Below, piece by piece: positions 25,446 through 36,175 of a stretch of 64,000 nt of DNA. The stretch comes from Felis catus (taxonomy: Eukaryota). A program made the translations under genes and the position numbers. The notes under the pieces were generated by a model. The model made no database searches. It saw only the letters and a program-made list of their open reading frames with translations, and was not told where the DNA came from. The stretch is taken from NCBI RefSeq assembly GCF_018350175.1, contig NC_058368.1, positions 67,706,001-67,770,000 on the forward strand, read 5' to 3'. Each line of letters starts with the position of its first letter. Positions within the stretch are counted from its first letter, which is position 1.

Positions 25446-25644
25446 TTTTTTAATGTTTATTTTCGAGAGACAGAACACGACCAGGAGAAGGGGAGAGAGA
25501 GAGAGAGGGAGACAGAATCCGAAGCAGGCTTCAGGCTCTGAGCTATCAGCACGGAGCCCTATGTGGGGTTCGAACCCATTAACCATGAGATTATGACCTG
25601 AGCTGAAGTTGGATGCTTAACTGACTGAGCTACCCAGGCGCCCC
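25446..25644 (-). mobile_element. CanSINE in ERV RT just after YLDD
   Basis: TSD ctctgctcct. Confidence 0.92.
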
Positions 25645-25741
25645 TCTCTGCTCCTCTTAAACCACTTTACAGGAAGACAGTATCCACCTGTTAAAAACCT
25701 TTGCCCTTAAAGGGAAATAAAGACTCTAAAGAAAAATTGCT

Positions 25742-25970
25742 GGGACGCCTGGGTGGCACAGTCGGTTAAGCGTCCGACTTCAGCCAGGTCACAATCTCGC
25801 GGTCCGTGAGTTCGAGCCCCGCGTCAGGCTCTGGGCTGATGGCTCAGAGCCTGGAGCCTGTTTCCGATTCTGTGTCTCCCTCTCTCTCTCTGCCCCTCTC
25901 CCGTTCATGCTCTGTCTTTCTCTGTCCCAAAAATAAATAAATGTAAAAAAAAATAATAATAAAAAATAAA
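25742..25970 (+). mobile_element. Young SINEC-Fc in ERV RT
   Basis: TSD taaagaaaaattgct. Confidence 0.95.
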
Positions 25971-27265
25971 GAAAAATTGCTATTTGCTCAAACTCAGGTT
26001 TGATACTTAGGGCATCTGACCTCAGAATATTTGGATCCAGAGAGACTCCACGGCTTTCCAAACTTTCCAAAACCTAAGTGCCAAATATGAGTTTTTCTTG
26101 AACTGGTTGGCTACTGTCAAAACTGGATTCCAAACTTCTCTCCTCTGGCTCAATCTCTGTATGTTTTACTAAAAAATATAAAACTTTACCCTATTTGGAA
26201 AAATCAGAAAGACTTGCTTTGGGGACTTTAAAGAAAAGCCTATTAAACCCACCTGCCCTCAGACATCCTAATTATCAACTTTCCTTTTTCCTCTTTGTAT
26301 GGGAGATGGGAGAGAATACCCTTGGGATTACTCACCCAAAAACACAGGGTATTACAACCAACAATTTGACCCTGTGGCACAGGGATATCACCTCGCTTCA
26401 GAGACATTCCTGCCACTGACAAAATAATCATGGAATCCCTTTCAAGCATCCTTGTATTTTGGCCAGGGGCAAAACTTCAAACATTTATACTGAGAGCTGG
26501 TATGCCCTTGGGATAGCTCATGACTTTGGATTATGGAAACAAGGTTTCCTTACCTCCAAGAGGGATAAAATTTAAAATGGCTCTTATGTCCAAAATTTGT
26601 TATATACCACACTTTTGCGGGCTACTTTATTAAGGTTCCTGGCCATTCCAGAGTCAACTCCCTGGGGGCCAAAGAAAACCTTCTCATTGATATTTCTGCC
26701 CAAAACACCACTCTCAAAGAAACTAATAACCAGACCCCTGTTATGGTCCAAAGAGATGTTCTGCCAAATGATAATTCAGAAAGACAGACGACACCCAACA
26801 ATTGCCTCAGAAAGGGAAAAATATTGGAAATCTAGTCATTGTTGGTTCAATAAGGAGAGCCCTGGTTTGGACCAAATAAATATCTGGCCCTCCTAGAAAT
26901 TCTAAAGTTCTTATACTTACCGCTATACATGCATTAAACCATCGTGGTCTACTGACAATAGCATTCATGAACCAGTACTGGTGGGGAAGTGTTAATGAGG
27001 TTGCAACAAGTGCCTACGTCACTTGCCCCACCTGTCTAAAACAGAAGCCAGAGAAACCTGTCTGCCCAAATGGATTTCATATAGCTTTCCCACTACATGA
27101 ATAGAAACGTGTTTTAGTAATGGTCTATATGTTTTCTCACGGGACTGAAGCTTTCCCTTCTAGACAGGCTGCTGCTGCTTCTCTGTTAGAAAAAATTATC
27201 CCTAACTGGGGAACCCTCTCAAACTTCATAGTGATTGGGAACCTATTTTACTGGTCAGGTGCTTT

Positions 27266-27481
27266 TAAAATTTTTTTTTCAACGTTTATTTATTTTTGGG
27301 ACAGAGAGAGACAGAGCATGAACGGGCAAGGGGCAGAGAGAGAGGGAGACACAGAATCGGAAACAGGCTCCAGGCTCCGAGCCATCAGCCCAGAGCCCGA
27401 CGCAGGGCTCGAACTCACGGACCTCGAGATCGTGATCTGGCTGAAGTCGGAGGCTTAACCGACTGCGCCACCCAGGCGCCC
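27266..27481 (-). mobile_element. Young SINEC-Fc in ERV integrase
   Basis: TSD ctggtcaggtgcttt. Confidence 0.95.
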
Positions 27482-28189
27482 CTGGTCAGGTGCTTTGACA
27501 AGTGTGTGCTGTTTGGCCAGTTTTACGACACTGGCATGGTACAGATTGTCCTCAATCATCGGGGTTACTTGAACATATTAACAATATTGTTAACACTCAA
27601 CTTGTAAAAATTTGTACAGATCCTAAAATACCTTGGCCCAAAGTACTGCCATTGGTTCCTCTAAATCTTGGTTCCACCCCTTTGAACCTCCTAGACTGTC
27701 ACTGTTTGAGATCGTCACAGATGCCCAATCCACTTGGCCCCTGTACCTCCTTTGAGCTACAGTAGATAAAAGAGGAGATATACTTCAAGACTGCAAGGGT
27801 CTAACTACTTCCATGAAAAATAACCATGCTTTAGTAGAGTGATCTTTTTCAAAGTGCATTCCCGGAAGACAACAACCTTAAGCATCATATCTTGCAAGCT
27901 GGAAACTGGAAAAGCCACCTCCATAAAGACTATTCCGTCTTGCTGAAAAGGCTCTTATCAAGAACTGCTAATCCCGATGGCACCAAACTCCAAGGAACAG
28001 GCTCTTGGATTCACATGAATACAAGGAGAAATCACCAAACCCTACCAGACCTGCACACCATCTGGTAAGCTGCAACGAAAGTAGAGGACAATCGACAATA
28101 CAGCTTTTTCAACATACCGGGACCAGGCCTACATACTTTTTCCTCACTGATTGCTTCTACCAGCTCTTTCGTAGAAAGGAAATGCTCTA

Positions 28190-28400
28190 GGGGCACCTGG
28201 GTAGCTCAGTGGGTTAAGCATCCAACTTCACTCAGGTTATGATCTCACCTTCATGAGTTCGTGCCCTGCATTGGGCTCTGTGCTGATAGTTCAGAGCCTG
28301 GATCCTGCTTCAGATTCTGTGTCTCCCTCTCTCTCTTGTCTCTCCCCCACTCATGCTCTGTCTCTGTCTCAAAAATAAACACTAAAAAAATAAAAATTAA
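28190..28400 (+). mobile_element. CanSINE near the ERV env start
   Basis: TSD agaaaggaaatgctct. Confidence 0.93.
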
Positions 28401-29312
28401 AGAAAGGAAATGCTCTTGTGCACATTTCGCAAGCCTTTGTGAAAGGGAGAAAACCTCTTCTCTTGATTAGGACTTTGAGCAACAGCCTCATCATGATCCC
28501 AGGACAAATTAAATTTTCACTTGCTTTTTCTAAAGGGCTGGGTTGAAGGTTCAGAATTCATCTTTCATCTGATTCTGAATTCTTATCCAAATTCATAGTT
28601 TCTGAATTTGCAACCTTACAGGCTTTATCACTAGATAAGATTTTCAAATGGTTTCTTTGAGACAACAACACTGTTTAAATACATCTTTGAAGTTTCACTA
28701 GTTTTGCAAAAAGTTCATTAGTTATTGCCTCATGTTTTTACCTGCACGGAATCTTCTCAAATGCACTTGGTTAATTCTTACAGTATTCACTATTTTGCTT
28801 TCATGGCTACTATAGGTAAGGACTTCCAGGAGGCATACATGACTCCAATGGACCTCATAGGGAGAACTTTTTCCCCTAAATTGGAATTAAGTGCCAATAA
28901 ACACTTTCAGCTGGATACTTTCTGACCTAGGGTCCCGGATCGGAAGCATCATACAATTTGAAAGTTATGTTCCTTCTTCTGTTTTTCCCTAATTGTTTTT
29001 TTGTATTTAGTTGCCTGTCAAACTTTTATAAAAATGACGTACCCAATTAGGAGAGGATCTCCAATACTTATGGTCTTGAAATGATACAGACTTTAGATGG
29101 AAAGTGCCTCAGAGTTCCACCTCCTAACCTTGCCTGTTAGTCAAATGTGGCCTTACGTGGTTTCCAACCGTTATGTACTTTCCCTCCTATGTAGGGACAA
29201 GACAATCAGGAAAGATCCTTTCTGGCACTGAGGGACAAAACCACTAAATATGAAAAACCTGACTTTTGGTCAGCAATGCTTTCAAGGAAAGATTTTGATC
29301 AAAATGATGAAA

Positions 29313-29712
29313 TGGGAGTATTAGAGAGAAACCTCACTGAAGTGGACTGGGGGTGTGGGAAGCTGTACCACTCAACGTCAATTACAGACTTCTATCAGAA
29401 CGTTTTCCACAGGAATCATCAATTACAGGCCCCAACAGAGAAAGAAGGTACAATGCATCTCCTACAAGAAATTGACTAGTCCTGCAACTCAGCCAAAGAG
29501 AAACTGTCATCACACTGGGTTCCGGCTTTTCTCCAAAGGACTTTTGTTCCAAACCACCCCTCCATGCTTTCTCCTTCTGCATAAAATAATGTTCCTCTCC
29601 TTTGTTAGGCTTCCCTATGCCATATTTTGCTTGTCCCTATTTGCAATTCTCTATTATTCCCGAATAAATCCATTTTCTGCTGGTAAAATAACTTTTATTT
29701 TTAAGGTTAACA
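29313..29712 (+). mobile_element. 3' LTR of the ERV1 provirus
   Basis: Follows a degenerate polypurine tract; TG...ttaaCA ends; AATAAA at 29663-29668; L1 sequence resumes immediately after. Confidence 0.78.
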
Positions 29713-29974
29713 GGTACAAACTTTCTGTTATAAAATAAGTCATGGGAATGTAATGTATAGCATGGTGGCTACAGTGAAGAGTGCTGTATTGCATATTTGA
29801 AAGTTGCTAAGAAATGTTAAAAGTTCGACACAAGAAAAAAAACCTTTTGGATACATGTCAGGTGATGGATGTTAACTAGACTTATTGCTGTGATCATTTC
29901 GCGATTCAAACACTGAATGTTATGTTGTACACCTGAAATTAATATGGTGTGTTAATTACATCTCAATTAAAAAA
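29713..29974 (+). mobile_element. L1 (L1MA-type) extreme 3' end
   Basis: ggtacaaactttctgttataa...tgtattgcatatttgaaagttgctaag...tgttgtacacctgaaattaatat...tctcaattaaaaa. Confidence 0.88.
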
Positions 29975-30632
29975 CTTTTTCTATCTTACATATGCAACGT
30001 GGTACCAGGTGATGGGGAGTCTCTTTTTAGTTCCATAAGCTGTTTCTCTGAATGGACAAAAGCAACGGGAGTTTAAAGTTCATCCTAACCAATGAAAGGA
30101 ACTTCCAAATTCTGTTTAACTTCTAGAATACTAAGAGCAAAATTCAACAGCTACAACTCTTTTTTCTGCAAAGTGACATGAACTAATTTCAGTGGAGGAG
30201 ATTCGGGAAGAAACAACTACCTTCTCCACAGGAAGCTCATCACTCACTGGTGTTATTACGACACTAGGTGCTTCCAATACGTTTCCTAAAAAGAACTGCC
30301 CCACATCAATGGAATTGCCTGCATTAAAACCCACACTCCAGCTCCTATTCCTCTTTTTCTTAAATGTGAAAGAGATCCAGACGAATTAAACAGAGGCCCT
30401 GTAGTCTGAGAAACCGTAGGTGAGGCAAAGTATGAACTGCGAGGAAAAGGAATTGCAAGCGAGTGCCGCGCAGGGGTAGCCGGAGTGGAGGGGATGCTCC
30501 AGCGCCCAGCACGAGGGCGCCCCAGCAGCAGAGAGGGAGCTAGAAGGCCGGCAGACGGCGAGATCGGGCCCGAGAGACCCCGCGGATCCTCCCTCCGCGC
30601 TGGGCTCGGCAGAGGGGCCGGCCCGCACCCAC

Positions 30633-30784
30633 CTGGCCTCCAGCAGCAGCGGGGTCTCGGGCCACTTCGCGGCCAAGTGGGCCGTCACCGACTTAGACGC
30701 CGAGGCCGTCCGGGCGTCGAGCAGGGAGAAGCACAGCGCGGTGGAGCCCAGGAGCAGCCGCACCACGTCCGTGGCCTTTGCCAT
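30633..30784 (-). CDS. UGGT2: UGGT2 coding exon 1 (signal peptide and start of mature protein)
   Basis: Strong Kozak gccATGG at 30784. Translates MAKATDVVRLLLGSTALCFSLLDARTASASKSVTAHLAAKWPETPLLLEA, matching the recalled mammalian UGGT2 N-terminus (SKSVTAHLAAKWPETPLLLEAS). Ends AG|gtgggt; 152 nt, phase 2. Confidence 0.96.
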
Positions 30785-30877
30785 GGCGCGGAGAGAGAAG
30801 CGCGAGCCCCTCGGACCGGGAGCCCACAAGCCGCAGCCGCCACTGCACAGCCGGCTCCTCTGGCCGCTCGGCCGCCC

Positions 30878-30886
30878 ACTTCCGGT
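30878..30886 (-). promoter_or_regulatory. ETS/GABPA-ELK motif ACCGGAAGT
   Basis: Exact consensus ~95 bp upstream of the ATG, inside the CpG island. Confidence 0.7.
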
Positions 30887-30934
30887 GGGGGGAGCTCCAG
30901 TCCGTTACTCGGAGCCGGGCCTGGCGGGCACCGA

Positions 30935-30944
30935 GCGCATGCGC
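30935..30944. promoter_or_regulatory. NRF1 palindrome GCGCATGCGC
   Basis: Exact NRF1 core ~150 bp upstream of the ATG. Confidence 0.7.
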
Positions 30945-31284
30945 GTCCCGCTCCGGGGCTGTCCCGGGAGCCCCCCGGGGCTGGATCCTGGAGCCACGTA
31001 GGTGCGGGCGGTGCCGGAACCTGCGGCGGCGTGGCTGATGCTCCGGCGGGTCCGCGATCCGACCCCCTGTTATCGCGCAGGGGCTGTGGGACACCGGGAG
31101 GGGAAGCTAGCTCCCGGAGGCCAAACTGGGATTGCGGCCGACTGAGGCTGGGTGGAGATGCCAAAAACTGGAAGCGAAGGCAGAAACCGGCGTGGCTTTT
31201 ACCCATGTTTTCGCAGGCGGAAAATAAGGCCCATCCAAGTTCAGTTGTCTACGGGCTTCTACATTTTATAGCATATTAAAGCCA

Positions 31285-31670
31285 CCTGGTAGAGCTTTTC
31301 GAAAGCCGGATGCCCGATAGTATTTAACTCACCCCAGCCCCCAGGTGACTGAATGAGCAATCTTGTTCGGAAACCAGTGACATCACCTGGAGCGCTGGTT
31401 AAAACATAGGGTGTTGGGCCTCATCCTAGTGTTTCTAATTCAGTAGATCTGGTGTGGGGGGCAGGGATGCAAGAATTTACATTTCACGTCTATCAAGGCC
31501 CCAGGTGATACTGATATTGCTGGCTGGGAAACCTCGCTTTTAGCCTTTGTACTCAAAAGTGGCCCACAGGACGGCTGCAGCATCACCTATGAGCTCCTTA
31601 GAAATGCAGAATCTCAGGCCCTACCCCAGACGTACTGAATCTGAATCCCCAGGTTAACATGCATTTACTG
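31285..31670. mobile_element. MER5-type hAT-Charlie MITE fragments (cluster)
   Basis: catcacctggagcgctggttaaaac...cagtagatctggtgtgggg...ccccaggtgat and agaaatgcagaatctcaggccctaccccagac. Confidence 0.75.
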
Positions 31671-32842
31671 CATCAGGCTCAAAGACAAAAGCTTGCAACA
31701 GAGTTAAGTGTTTTTCCAGTACAGATGATTCATCAAATCAAAATATTCCGTTTTATTCAACTGGGCGGAGGTGGAGCGTCAAGATTCTGACTCCTCGTCA
31801 GCCATGCTTCTTTTTCTATTCAGAAAGCTGTTAAATTTATTATAAATATTAAAATGTATGGTAAAGAGAAGCAGCAGCTGGGAAAAATAGTTTCGGAGGA
31901 TGTACCGAGCCGTTCCTTTTTTCCAGTTACTCCTCTGCCTTTTAGGGAATCTGGATCTCCTGAAGCTGCTGAAACGTGATAATTTTTTCATTTCCTTTCA
32001 TTTGTTTAGTATATACCTTTCCTCAGAAGAACTTGCTCTGGAAATTCTACTTAGTTCTCATCTTCTATGTTTAGCCTTCATTTCCTGATTTTTCCTATTT
32101 GGTATGACCTATCCTTCTTTTAAATTCTCATAAGCTCTTTATCGTAACTGTCATAAACCAATTGTAATTTTCACTTTAGAATTTGAATACAGCACTTATA
32201 TATTTCTCCTGTTAGAGATGGTGTTTCCCTAGGGCTCGTGCCTTAATTTTAGCATCCGTTGCAATACCTAGCACAGTACATGTTATTGGGGCTCAATAAA
32301 TATTGAACAGTCCTTGTTTTTTGGATAAGTAGAACACTAAGGCAGATGAGTATGGAGCTTCATTTCTATCCATAGAACATAATGGGAAAATATATTAAGA
32401 ATCTTCCACAACTATTTGCTTTAATTAACTCCTCATGTCCATTTATTTTTGGACTGAAATTTTGACTGAAATTGTAGGATAAAGGAAGTAAGATATTGAC
32501 GGTGAATGTCTTAAATGTCAGCATATCTGATGGTTGCAAATCTTTGAGAAATGACTTGTGTATGAAGAGTCACATAAAATACACTATTAAAAGACACTAA
32601 TAAAACATATATTTATATACATTCCAGTATATTTGAATTCACAAGAGGAATGCTACATTTCTCTTTTAAAGAATGAAATTAATCTAATCCAGGGTCATTT
32701 ATTTACATAATTATTATAAATTTTAGCCTACATAGTATTTTCCTAGAAACTTCAGTGGGTTTGAAATATTCCTTAGACTGACTATCCTTAGGCTTGTTTC
32801 CTCACATGCACAGTGAAAGACCAGGACTAGGTGATATGTAAG

Positions 32843-33272
32843 TGTTGGAGGAAATCATTAGGAGAACTTCTGGTTGACCTCAGAGCTGGACGTGGGCAAT
32901 GAGAGACACTTTATTCCCTCTTCTGTCCTTGGAATATAAGTTCTTCCCACTGTTCCCAAATCAGGAGCCACTTCAAGGAAGCAGCCTTCAGGGAGTAATG
33001 TTATAGAGACCTCTGCTCTATATATGTGGTTGAACCCTGTTAAAGCCTCAGTATAAACTCTTAAGATTCTGACAGGTGGGTGCTCAAATCTACTTGTCTT
33101 GCAGTTGCCCAAGATAAGCCTTGTAAATAAGTCCCCTTGCTTATTAAAACTGCCACCTACCAATCTGGAGTCCTCCGCTTCTCTCTTCAGGGAGAGAAGC
33201 CCTCTGTGCCCTCTGTGTATGACTGCCAGTTTCAAATTTCACCCAGGGAACTCTCAAGGTTGTGAGCCAACA
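32843..33272 (+). mobile_element. Solo LTR (carnivore ERV-type), 430 bp
   Basis: Terminal inverted repeats TGTTGG...CCAACA; tataaa at ~33052 and attaaa at ~33143. Confidence 0.75.
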
Positions 33273-33316
33273 TTGAAGTTTCTTCTGTATGTCATTTCTA
33301 TGTACAGATAGAAATA

Positions 33317-33557
33317 CAGTAAAACCTTGGATTGCGAGCATAATTCATTCTGGAAACGTGCTTGTAATCCAAAGCACTTATATATCAAAGCGAATTTCAA
33401 GAACCATTGGCTCAGTCGTGATCATGTGATATTCGGCATCACGTGCTACTTGTATTGCAAGACATCGCTCATCTATCAAGTTAAAATTTATTAGAAATGT
33501 TTGCTCATCTTGCAGAACACTCGCCAAACAAGTTACTTGCAATCAAAGGTTTTCCTG
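33317..33557. mobile_element. Tc1/mariner-Tigger-type MITE, 241 bp
   Basis: TIRs cagtaaaaccttggattgcgag / cttgcaatcaaaggttttcctg, with TA on both flanks. Confidence 0.85.
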
Positions 33558-34367
33558 TATCAAAGTGCAAAAACTGAGTAACTCAGTGAAGGTCACTCAA
33601 GTTAGTGGAGCAGCAAAGCATTCTAACCTTCATTATCAATAACCCTTTGGCACAGATTGGCTATGAAGTGAATATAGATCAGGAACACAATTGTACTTGA
33701 ATATTTTTTAGCAAAATGTTATTCAAAGTTATTCACATCAGGGTAATATGAATGAAAATTGATGATGATAGCAGTTTTCATTGTATGTGGAAGGAGTGAT
33801 TAATGAGTCCTTCATAATAAGAATATTGTGTTTAATAAAATAAATCATCTTGAAGTAAGTACTGCATGGACTATATTTATTTAATGAAAATAGTAGTGCT
33901 ATGTGATGATAAAGTTACTACCAAATTATCATGTAATATAATAAAACTTTAATTTTCTCTACCTATAGAGTCATAGCTGAAATGGCTTTTTAAAAATATT
34001 ACCCTGTAGGTCTTCCAGATTTCCCTTACAATAACAAAGACCCTTTTCTCATTTTTTATTTGAATATCTTAAGTACAAGAAAATGTCTAACTCTTCATTC
34101 CAGTTGGGAAGAAATTATAGACTTATTTAATTTGTTATATTCCTACTCCCTAGGCAGGATTATACTAAAACTGTAATCAAATGAGTTATTGTTTAGTTTC
34201 CTTTAAGTGTCAGTAAATTTGATTTTTATAAGTTTGCACATTTTACCTAACATACATTACAAATGCCTCACAAATGTCTAACTCCAGGTATGTTTGATGA
34301 AATTTTTTACTGTGGTTTATTAACTACAGTGACTTTCAAATAGCAAATTAAGTATAGAAAATACATA

Positions 34368-34775
34368 ATTTTTTCAAGTTTTTGTTTAAATTCCAGTTAG
34401 TTAACACATATGGTAAAATTGGTTTCAGGTGTAGAATTTAGTGATTCATCACTTATACGTAACACTCAGTGCTCATCACAACAATACCCTCCTTTGTACC
34501 CATCACCCATCTAGCCCATCTATCAACTCTCAGTTTGTTCTCTATGGTTACAAGTCTTTTGGATTTGCTTCCCTCCCCCTTTTTTTTCCTTCCCTTGTGT
34601 CCATCTGTTTTGTTTCTTAAATTCCACAAATGAGTGAAATCATACGGTATTTGTCTTTCTCTGACTTATTTCACTTAGCATAATACACTCTAGTTCCACC
34701 CACATCGTTGCAAATGGCAAGATTTCATTATTTTTGATGGTTAGGTAATATTCCAAATATTTCATTGATGTGTAT

Positions 34776-34839
<64 letters not shown>

Positions 34840-34937
34840 GAATATTACTCAGATGGAACATTTGGGTTCTCTCCATAGCTTGGCTATTGTTGATAATGCT
34901 GCTATAAACATCAGGGTGTACGTGCCCCTTCAAATCA
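34368..34937 (-). mobile_element. L1 3' end (left arm of inverted pair)
   Basis: T-rich tail at left; ORF track gives NEILPFATMWVELECIMLSEISQ. Confidence 0.92.
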
Positions 34938-35127
34938 GCAAATCATGGAAAGAGCCCAAACTGATGGAGAGTCCATTGACTGATGAATGGATAAAGAAGC
35001 TGTTATACATATATATATATAATATATATAACATATATATATAATATGTATATAACATATATATGTTATATATAAAGAAGCTTTTATATATATATAAGCT
35101 TTTATATATATATATTTCATTGGTATA

Positions 35128-35163
<36 letters not shown>

Positions 35164-35642
35164 AGCTTCTTTATCCATTCATTAGTATCCATCCATCCAT
35201 ATACATGTGTGTATATATACACACATATACACATATATATAATGGAATATTACCCAACCATCAAAAAGAATGAAATCTTGCCACTTGCAACGATGTGGAT
35301 GGAACTAGAGTGTATTGTGCTAAATGAAATAAGTCAGTCAGAGAAAGACAAATACCATATGATTTCACTCATTTGTAGAATTTAAGAAACAAAACAGATG
35401 AACACAGGGGAAGGGGAAAAAAAGAAAGAGGGAAGCAAACCATAGAGAACAAACTGAGGGTTGATGGAGGGAGGGAGGGTTGATGGGTGGGGGATGGGCT
35501 AGATGGGTGATGGGTAAAAAGGAGGGTACTTGTGATAAGCATTGGGTGTCGTATATAATAAACCACTGAATTCCACTCCTGAAACCAATACTACATTATA
35601 TGTTAAGTAACTTGAACTTAAATAAAATATTGGAAGAAAAAA
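34938..35642 (+). mobile_element. L1 3' end (right arm of inverted pair) with complex (TA)n region
   Basis: atggaaagagcccaaa...gatgaatggataaagaag...aatgaaatcttgccacttgcaacg...aaataaaatattggaagaaaaaa. Confidence 0.92.
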
Positions 35643-36175
35643 TATAACATTTTTAAGTTAATCAATTGGGCTGATACGAGAACTTGACATCTATTTAACA
35701 ACATTCTTTTATACTTACATACATGGTCGATATTTTACAGTTATGCATTCAAAGTTTGCTAAGTTACTATTGCTTCTATTATTTGCTTTGTTTCTTCAAC
35801 AAAACACATAGGATTGAAGCGTGTTGGTGGCAGGCAAACCTATGTCCTGCTTTTACATCTTCTAGTAGAGGCTAGTATAGTTATGTGCACCAGCTCATCA
35901 ATTTGTTTAAAATATGTTGCTTATCCTGTATGGGAAGCTGACCATGTCATATATGTGAAAGAATACTGAGGTGGATAAAATGGTTAATGTCTTCGAAGGG
36001 CTCACAGTGTAGTGAAGATATGACATCTCCCAATAAATTATTACAGGGAAAAGTTAATAAAATTCTATGGAAGTCCAGAAGAAAATACTTTTTAAGAAAT
36101 CTCGTTGAACAAATAAACAGCTTTAGTCAAATTTCTCACCCAAATTATTTCCCGAATTTAAATCTAGCACTTTGA

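Larger units (their letters stand above)
23590..29312 (+). mobile_element. Decayed class I (ERV1, MER34-like) provirus internal region: gag 3' end, pro, pol, env remnant
   Basis: gag FPKPVD..QKPSEPIHDYY (~23670-23745) and zinc knuckle CKELGHW (~24270). Protease IDTR..LVLNPT (~24497) and LLG*DFL (~24700). RT TIPTGCKFFTVVHLCSAFFSIPV and LLQYLDDLLLCS (YLDD 25419-25430). Integrase SDWGTYFTGQV and PQSSG. Many stops and frameshifts. Confidence 0.88.
30400..31220. promoter_or_regulatory. UGGT2: CpG island / TATA-less promoter of UGGT2
   Basis: The only GC- and CpG-dense segment in the window; it spans exon 1 and the upstream region. Confidence 0.92.

Noticed and set aside
28100..29312. Possible captured env gene (HEMO- or syncytin-like)
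   Set aside because: Only a few env-like residues, interrupted by a SINE, and no ORF over ~70 aa.
30785..30829. N-terminal extension MWAPGPRGSRFSLRA in the ORF track
   Set aside because: Starts at a non-ATG codon in the 5' UTR; the ATG at 30784 has an optimal Kozak context and matches the known start.
30980..30998. ER stress element (ERSE/ERSE-II)
   Set aside because: CCACG is present, but the required CCAAT-N9 or ATTGG-N partner is absent.
30485..31279. 264-aa plus-strand ORF and other long ORFs over the promoter
   Set aside because: G/P/R/A-rich low-complexity translation expected from stop-poor CpG-island DNA; non-ATG start and no recognisable domain.
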